DNA of 64,000 nucleotides from Bacilli bacterium (GTDB lineage Bacteria > Bacillota_I > Bacilli_A > RFN20 > CAG-826). The position numbers and the translations under genes were made by a program. The stretch spans positions 22,595-86,594 of the forward strand of contig JAGCDH010000012.1 of NCBI GenBank assembly GCA_017651165.1, in the 5' to 3' direction. Shown piece after piece: positions 58,522-64,000 of this stretch. The notes below the pieces were generated by a model. That model was not told the origin of the DNA and did no database searches. It saw nothing but the letters and a program-made list of their open reading frames with translations. Within the stretch, counting starts at the first letter, position 1, and each line of letters begins with the position of its first letter.

Positions 58522-60501
58522 TTACAAATTGCTCTTAATTTCGAGAATAATATCTCGAAGCTCTGCCGCTCTTTCAAAGTCAAATTCTTTGGCGGCTTGA
58601 CGCATTTGCTTTTCGAGTTCTTTGACCTTAGCTTCAATCTCAGCTCGACTACCATGTTTAGTAATATCAATCATTTCGCTAATTTCATCGTCACTATTAT
58701 GGATTGGAGGACGAATATCTTTAATAACGGTTCGTGGGATAATTCCATTTTCGTTATTATAAGCCTCTTGAATCATTCTACGACGATTAGTTTCTTCGAT
58801 ACATTCATGCATTGAATCAGTTACTCTATCAGCGTACATTATCACAAAACCGCGCTCATTCCTGGCTGCTCTGCCGGTAATTTGAATAAGTGAACGTGTA
58901 CTTCTAAGGAACCCTTCCTTGTCGGCGTCAAAAATTGAAATCAACGATACTTCAGGTATATCTAATCCTTCACGTAATAGGTTAATACCAACTAAAACAT
59001 CATACTTACCTTTTCTTAATTGATAGATAATCTCACTACGCTCAAGAGTTTTTGTTTCATGATGCAAATAAACGACCTTAATGCCTTTTTCTTTAAGGAA
59101 ATTAGTAAGGTCTTCCGCCATACGAATGGTTAATGTTACCACCATTGTTCTTTCGTTTCTCTTAACGCGTTCTTTAATTTCGTGGAGTAAATCATCAATC
59201 TGTCCAAGCGTTGGTCGTACTTCGATTAATGGATCTAATAAGCCGGTCGGACGAATGATCTGTTCAGCGGAAACACCACCAGCTTTTTCCAGTTCATAAT
59301 CACCTGGAGTAGCACTGGTGCAAATGACATTTGGCATGAGTTTTTCGAATTCTTCGAAATTAAGTGGCCTATTATCTAAAGCAGAGGGCAATCTAAAACC
59401 ATATTCCACGAGGGTTTCTTTTCTAGATCTATCACCGTTATACATACCTCTTAATTGAGGGAATGTGACATGTGATTCATCAATAATCATTAAGAAATCA
59501 TCTGGGAAATAATCTATTAAGCACCAAGGTCTTTCACCTGGCTTTCTTTTATCGATGTGTCTTGAATAGTTTTCAATGCCAGGACACATGCCGAATTCTT
59601 GCATGCTTTCCATATCTTGATTGGTACGCATTTCAAGTCTTTCCGCTTCTAATAGTTTGCCTTGTTCTCTGAAAAACTTGAGCCTATCTTCTAGTTCCGC
59701 TTTGATTGTGGCGCAAGCCTCTTTAATTCTTTCTCTAGTTGAGGCATGATCGTAAGCCGGGAAAATAGGAAATGTGTGATACGTGTGTTTGATTTCACCA
59801 GTCAAAGAGTTGATTTGAACAATCTTTTCAACCTCATCTCCGAACGTATCAATTCTAATGACATCGTTATCAAAGAAATTAGCAGGAACAATCTCAATAA
59901 CATCGCCCCTTACTCTAAAGGTGCCTGGTGCAACATCTAGATTGTTTCTTTTATATTGGGCATCAACGAGTTTCTTATAAAGCTCTTGACGATTAATCTC
60001 TTCGCCCACTCGTATGTTAAATACGAGATTACGATATTCATCAGGATCGGTTAAACCATATATAGAAGCAACAGACGCAACGATAATTGTATCTCTTCTT
60101 TCTAATACCGAATTAATTGCCGATGTTCTAAGCATCTCGATTTCTTCATTCATCACTGCGTTCTTATCAATATAGGTATCACTTTTTGGAATATAGGCTT
60201 CTGGTTGATAAAAATCGAAGTTGGATACAAAGTATTCAACTCGATTGTGAGGGAATAGTTCTTGGAATTCCGAATATAATTGACCGGCTAAAGTTTTATT
60301 GTGAACTAAAACAAGCGTTGGCTTTTGAACTCGTTCAATGATATTGGCCATAGTAAAAGTTTTACCTGTACCAGTAGCGCCTAATAGCACTTGAAACTTT
60401 TTGCCGTTAAGAATGCCAGCACTAAGCTTACTGATGGCCTCAGGTTGGTCACCAGTTGGTTTGAATTTGGAAACTATCTCAAAACGGTGTTCATTTTCCA
60501 T
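58522..60501 (-). CDS. uvrB: Excinuclease ABC subunit B
   Basis: [35 protein letters not shown]-terminal FERAAELRD. Confidence 0.98.
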   Translation of the reverse strand: MENEHRFEIVSKFKPTGDQPEAISKLSAGILNGKKFQVLLGATGTGKTFTMANIIERVQKPTLVLVHNKTLAGQLYSEFQELFPHNRVEYFVSNFDFYQPEAYIPKSDTYIDKNAVMNEEIEMLRTSAINSVLERRDTIIVASVASIYGLTDPDEYRNLVFNIRVGEEINRQELYKKLVDAQYKRNNLDVAPGTFRVRGDVIEIVPANFFDNDVIRIDTFGDEVEKIVQINSLTGEIKHTYHTFPIFPAYDHASTRERIKEACATIKAELEDRLKFFREQGKLLEAERLEMRTNQDMESMQEFGMCPGIENYSRHIDKRKPGERPWCLIDYFPDDFLMIIDESHVTFPQLRGMYNGDRSRKETLVEYGFRLPSALDNRPLNFEEFEKLMPNVICTSATPGDYELEKAGGVSAEQIIRPTGLLDPLIEVRPTLGQIDDLLHEIKERVKRNERTMVVTLTIRMAEDLTNFLKEKGIKVVYLHHETKTLERSEIIYQLRKGKYDVLVGINLLREGLDIPEVSLISIFDADKEGFLRSTRSLIQITGRAARNERGFVIMYADRVTDSMHECIEETNRRRMIQEAYNNENGIIPRTVIKDIRPPIHNSDDEISEMIDITKHGSRAEIEAKVKELEKQMRQAAKEFDFERAAELRDIILEIKSNL

Positions 60502-60521
60502 ATTTTATCGGTAAAACCCCA

Positions 60522-61629
60522 TTAATTTGTTTTGTTTTTAGCCTCAAAACGCAAATAAGCATTGATAAATCCATCGATGTTACCGTTCATGACAGATTGC
60601 ACGTCGGTAACTTCATATTTAGTCCTATTGTCTTTGACAAGGGTGTAAGGGCAAAACACATATGAACGGATCTGACTCCCCCACTCAATATTCTTCTTTT
60701 CACCAACGATAGAATCGAGTTTATTTTGACGTTTTTCTAACTCTATAAAATAGAGTTTACTTTTAAGCATTTTCATAGCGGTTTCTTTATTAAGCAATTG
60801 GCTTCTTTCGATTTGGCAAGAAACCACGATACCTGTTGGCAAGTGCGTAATTCTAACAGCGGTTTCAACTTTGTTGACGTTTTGTCCACCAGCACCACCA
60901 CTACGATATGTATCAACTTTCAAATCTGCTTCATTAATATCGATGTCAATCGCATCATTATTGAATTCTGGTACAACGTTAACAGAAGCAAATGAAGTAT
61001 GTCTTCTCTTGTTAGCATCAAATGGAGAAATTCTCACTAATCGATGCACGCCCTTCTCGCTTTTCAGTAAACCATAGGTATGTTTACCACTAATTTGGAG
61101 CGTTACCGACTTGATTCCAGCTTCATCTCCAGGCTCATATGAAAGGATGGACATTTTGAAACGATGTTGTTCGGCATAAAGCACGTACATTCTATAAAGC
61201 ATATCCGCCCAGTCTTGTGCTTCTGTACCACCAGCACCTGGATGGATTTCCACAATGGCGTTTAAATCATCAAATTCACCATTGAATAATATTTGTAATT
61301 CAAAGTCATCAGTTTTACTTTCTAAATCTTCTAAAGAAGATTCGATTTGTTCTAAAAATGAATCGTCATCAAAACTTAAAAGTTCTTCCAAGTCTTTGTT
61401 TTTGGAGATTAAATCGCGATATGTTTCAACGATTTCTCGTGAGTGATTTAAACGCGCAATCACTTCTAAAGCCTGGCTTCTGTTGTTCCAGAAGTCAGCT
61501 TCTTCACTTTTGATAGACAAGTCTTTTATTTCTGAATCAAGCTTTTCGAGGTCAAAGAGAAGACCCGAGTTGATGGATTCTCTCACCAACAGCACAAAGT
61601 TCTTGTTTTAAAGAAACAATGTCTTTCAT
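60522..61629 (-). CDS. prfB: Peptide chain release factor 2 with programmed +1 frameshift
   Basis: ATG 61629 gives [25 protein letters not shown], then CTT TGA C (61557-61551); the +1 frame has SPF and GGQ. Confidence 0.95.
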
Positions 61630-61630
61630 A

Positions 61631-64000
61631 TTATTCGTCTTTCTTTTCCTCTTCGGCTGGTTGTTCAGCTGGTTTTTCTTCAGGTTGTGGTTGAACACGA
61701 CGTTGTGGATGGATATTAACTAAGTTAAGAACACCATCAACAGATGCTAATTCTAAGCATTCTCTAAACATCGCATAGCCTTCATTGACGTAATCCTGCA
61801 AAGGATTAACGTTAGCATAGCTTCTTAAGAAGATGGTTTCTCTTAAGCGCGCCATAGAGTCAATATGTTTTGTCCAGTTTTGGTCAATACAGTGTAAAAC
61901 CACTGAACGTTTAATGCTGTCTTTATCTTCTTCATCAACATCCCATTCAGTCAGGAGTTGATCAAATCTTTCACGGATTAAAATCGCTAAGTCTGGTGCG
62001 ATGTCTTCGACAGGTGCATCATCATATAAACTTGGTTTAATAACACCAGATGGTAAGAATCTTGGTTCGACAACTTTAACAAGTTGTTCGCCTGATACTA
62101 AGTGGCTGTCATTGCTATCAGCAGGAACACCTTTCTTGGCTAAGAATTCACCAGTGGTTTTAAAGATATCGTCCATGATATCGTCAATGTTTTTACCTTC
62201 GATGATTCTGTCTCTCTTGTCATAGACAATTTGTCTTTGCTTGGCCAAGACATCATCGTATTCAAGTAAGCTCTTACGAGTATCGAAGTTTTGACCTTCA
62301 ATCTTCTTTTGAGCGGATGTGATTACATTAGTAATCATTCTTGCTTCTAACGCTTCTTCACCGAAGTTCTTTTCAATGAAGTTTCTGATACCATCAGCGG
62401 CGAATCTAATTAATAATTCGTCATCGAAAGAAACATAGAATCTAGAGAAGCCTGGGTCACCCTGACGACCACTTCTACCACGTAATTGATTATCAATACG
62501 TCTTGATTCATGTCTTTCTGTACCTAAAACACATAAGCCAGATAAGTTTGTAATGCCTTTTTTGGCTAATTCTTTTTTTTGCTCTGGAGTGAGTTTACTA
62601 TCAAGTGTTCTCACTTCATCGTTAATCTTAATATCGGTACCACGACCTGCCATGTTTGTGGCTAAGGTAATAGAGCCTTTTTCACCAGCGTGAGAGATGA
62701 TTTCCGCTTCACGTGCATGGTTTTTCGCGTTCAACATCTCGTGTTGTAGGCCTGCGGCTGTGAGTAAAGCAGAGATTTCTTCTGATGATTCAACAGAGAC
62801 TGTACCAATCAAGATTGGTTGGCCCAATTCATGACGGATTTGGACTTCTTTGACTAAAGCCGCAAGTTTTGGACCTTTGTGAGCATATACATAGTCAAGT
62901 GCGTCCACACGGATAACAGGTCTGTTTGTTGGAATACACACAACGCGCATATTATAGATTTTACGGAATTCTTCTTCCTCGGTTTTAGCGGTACCAGTCA
63001 TACCAGCAAGCTTTGTGTACAAACGGAAGAAGTTTTGATATGTAATCGTCGCCATTGTGACGGTTTCTTGTTTGATTTTAACATTTTCTTTAGCTTGAAC
63101 AGCTTGATGTAAACCATCAGACCATTCACGACCAGGAAGAACACGGCCAGTAAATGGGTCAATAATTTGAACTTCGCCTTCGGCATCGACTAAGTAGTCG
63201 ACATCTCTAGCCATAATGAAGTTTGCCTTTAAGGCATTATGGATTCTATGAACGAGATCAGCGAATTCTGGATCATAAAGATTCTTAATGCCGAACATAC
63301 GTTCCGCTTTTGCTTGGCCATCTTCGGTTAAGTGGACTGTTTTGTCTTTAACATCAACAGCAAAGTCTTTTTCTTTCTTTAGGGTTTTGCAGAATCTATC
63401 TGCAACTGTATATTGGGAAGCACTTGTTTTAGCACCACCAGAAATAATTAATGGCGTTCTACTTTCATCAATCAAAATTGAGTCGGCTTCGTCAACGATA
63501 CAGAAGTTAAGGCCTCTTAAAACACGATGGGCCATATCTGTGGCCATGTTATCTCTTAAGTAGTCAAAGCCTAATTCTGAGTTGGTGGTATATGTGATAT
63601 CGCATAAATATGCGTCTCTCTTCTCGCTTGTGGTCTTTGTACGAGAGTTAACACCTACGGTGAGACCGAGGAATCGATAGATTTGACCCATCCATTCCGC
63701 GTCACGACCGGATAAGTATTCGTTAACGGTAATAACATGCAAGCCTTTGCCTGCAAGAGCGTTAAGATAAACCGCCATCGTACATGTTAAGGTTTTACCC
63801 TCACCAGTTTTCATTTCGGCAACATCACCAGCGTGTAAAACTAATGAACCAATAATTTGAACTTTGTATGGGAATTCACCAATACAACGCTTAGCGGCTT
63901 CTCTTGCAACCGCGAAAGCTTCATATTTGATATCATCCAAGGTTTTACCTTGGGCTAATAATTCCTTGAAGTATGGAGTCTTGGCTTGAAGTTCTTCGTT
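61631..64000 (-). CDS. secA: Preprotein translocase ATPase SecA (N-terminus outside window)
   Basis: MKTGEGKT, DEADSILIDE, NMAGRGTDI, RRIDNQLRGRSGRQGDPG; frame is open to the window end. Confidence 0.98.
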   Translation of the reverse strand, partial: NEELQAKTPYFKELLAQGKTLDDIKYEAFAVAREAAKRCIGEFPYKVQIIGSLVLHAGDVAEMKTGEGKTLTCTMAVYLNALAGKGLHVITVNEYLSGRDAEWMGQIYRFLGLTVGVNSRTKTTSEKRDAYLCDITYTTNSELGFDYLRDNMATDMAHRVLRGLNFCIVDEADSILIDESRTPLIISGGAKTSASQYTVADRFCKTLKKEKDFAVDVKDKTVHLTEDGQAKAERMFGIKNLYDPEFADLVHRIHNALKANFIMARDVDYLVDAEGEVQIIDPFTGRVLPGREWSDGLHQAVQAKENVKIKQETVTMATITYQNFFRLYTKLAGMTGTAKTEEEEFRKIYNMRVVCIPTNRPVIRVDALDYVYAHKGPKLAALVKEVQIRHELGQPILIGTVSVESSEEISALLTAAGLQHEMLNAKNHAREAEIISHAGEKGSITLATNMAGRGTDIKINDEVRTLDSKLTPEQKKELAKKGITNLSGLCVLGTERHESRRIDNQLRGRSGRQGDPGFSRFYVSFDDELLIRFAADGIRNFIEKNFGEEALEARMITNVITSAQKKIEGQNFDTRKSLLEYDDVLAKQRQIVYDKRDRIIEGKNIDDIMDDIFKTTGEFLAKKGVPADSNDSHLVSGEQLVKVVEPRFLPSGVIKPSLYDDAPVEDIAPDLAILIRERFDQLLTEWDVDEEDKDSIKRSVVLHCIDQNWTKHIDSMARLRETIFLRSYANVNPLQDYVNEGYAMFRECLELASVDGVLNLVNIHPQRRVQPQPEEKPAEQPAEEEKKDE

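Noticed and set aside
61631-61710. SecA lacks the C-terminal SEC-C zinc motif
   Set aside because: Loss of this tail is common in reduced Bacilli and Mollicutes and is not notable alone
3075-63563. Many short opposite-strand or alternate-frame ORFs in the track (for example 6580-7068, 30516-30941, 50430-50903, 57422-57844, 35378-35785)
   Set aside because: They are shadows of well-supported genes, with no recognisable motifs or initiation signals

Overview
This is a low-GC chromosomal window read in standard code 11; RF2 with its CTT-TGA frameshift is present. Gene content and order suggest an uncultured, Mollicutes-like member of Bacilli from a gut or rumen habitat (inference). Most genes lie on the minus strand. 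The housekeeping blocks are rpsF-ssb-rpsR, pth-mfd-yabO-tilS-ftsH-dusB-lysS and secA-prfB-uvrB-secG. Between them lie glycosylation genes (DUF368, two GT2s, glf), a heterodimeric ABC exporter whose first half carries an in-frame TGA, tRNA-Ala(CGC) and a Y-family polymerase/YolD pair. A roughly 28 kb co-oriented cell-surface block contains an S8 proteinase, a large OppA, an Ig-repeat lipoprotein, oppBCDF with large insertions, three domain-permuted GH3 glycosidases and a CBM-like lipoprotein. The best unannotated signals are: (1) a hidden 21-aa Ibs-like hydrophobic ORF facing a consensus antisense promoter between rpsF and lysS, a candidate type I toxin-antitoxin or structured RNA locus; (2) a GGCGGS-TM-basic C-terminal tail on two GH3s, a candidate Cys-containing sorting signal; (3) a pseudoknot-like leader with a displaced SD; (4) a dockerin/EF-hand-like loop in FtsH; (5) identical DNA tracts between GH3 paralogs; (6) repeated near-leaderless promoters. 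I saw no CRISPR array, transposase or integrase.
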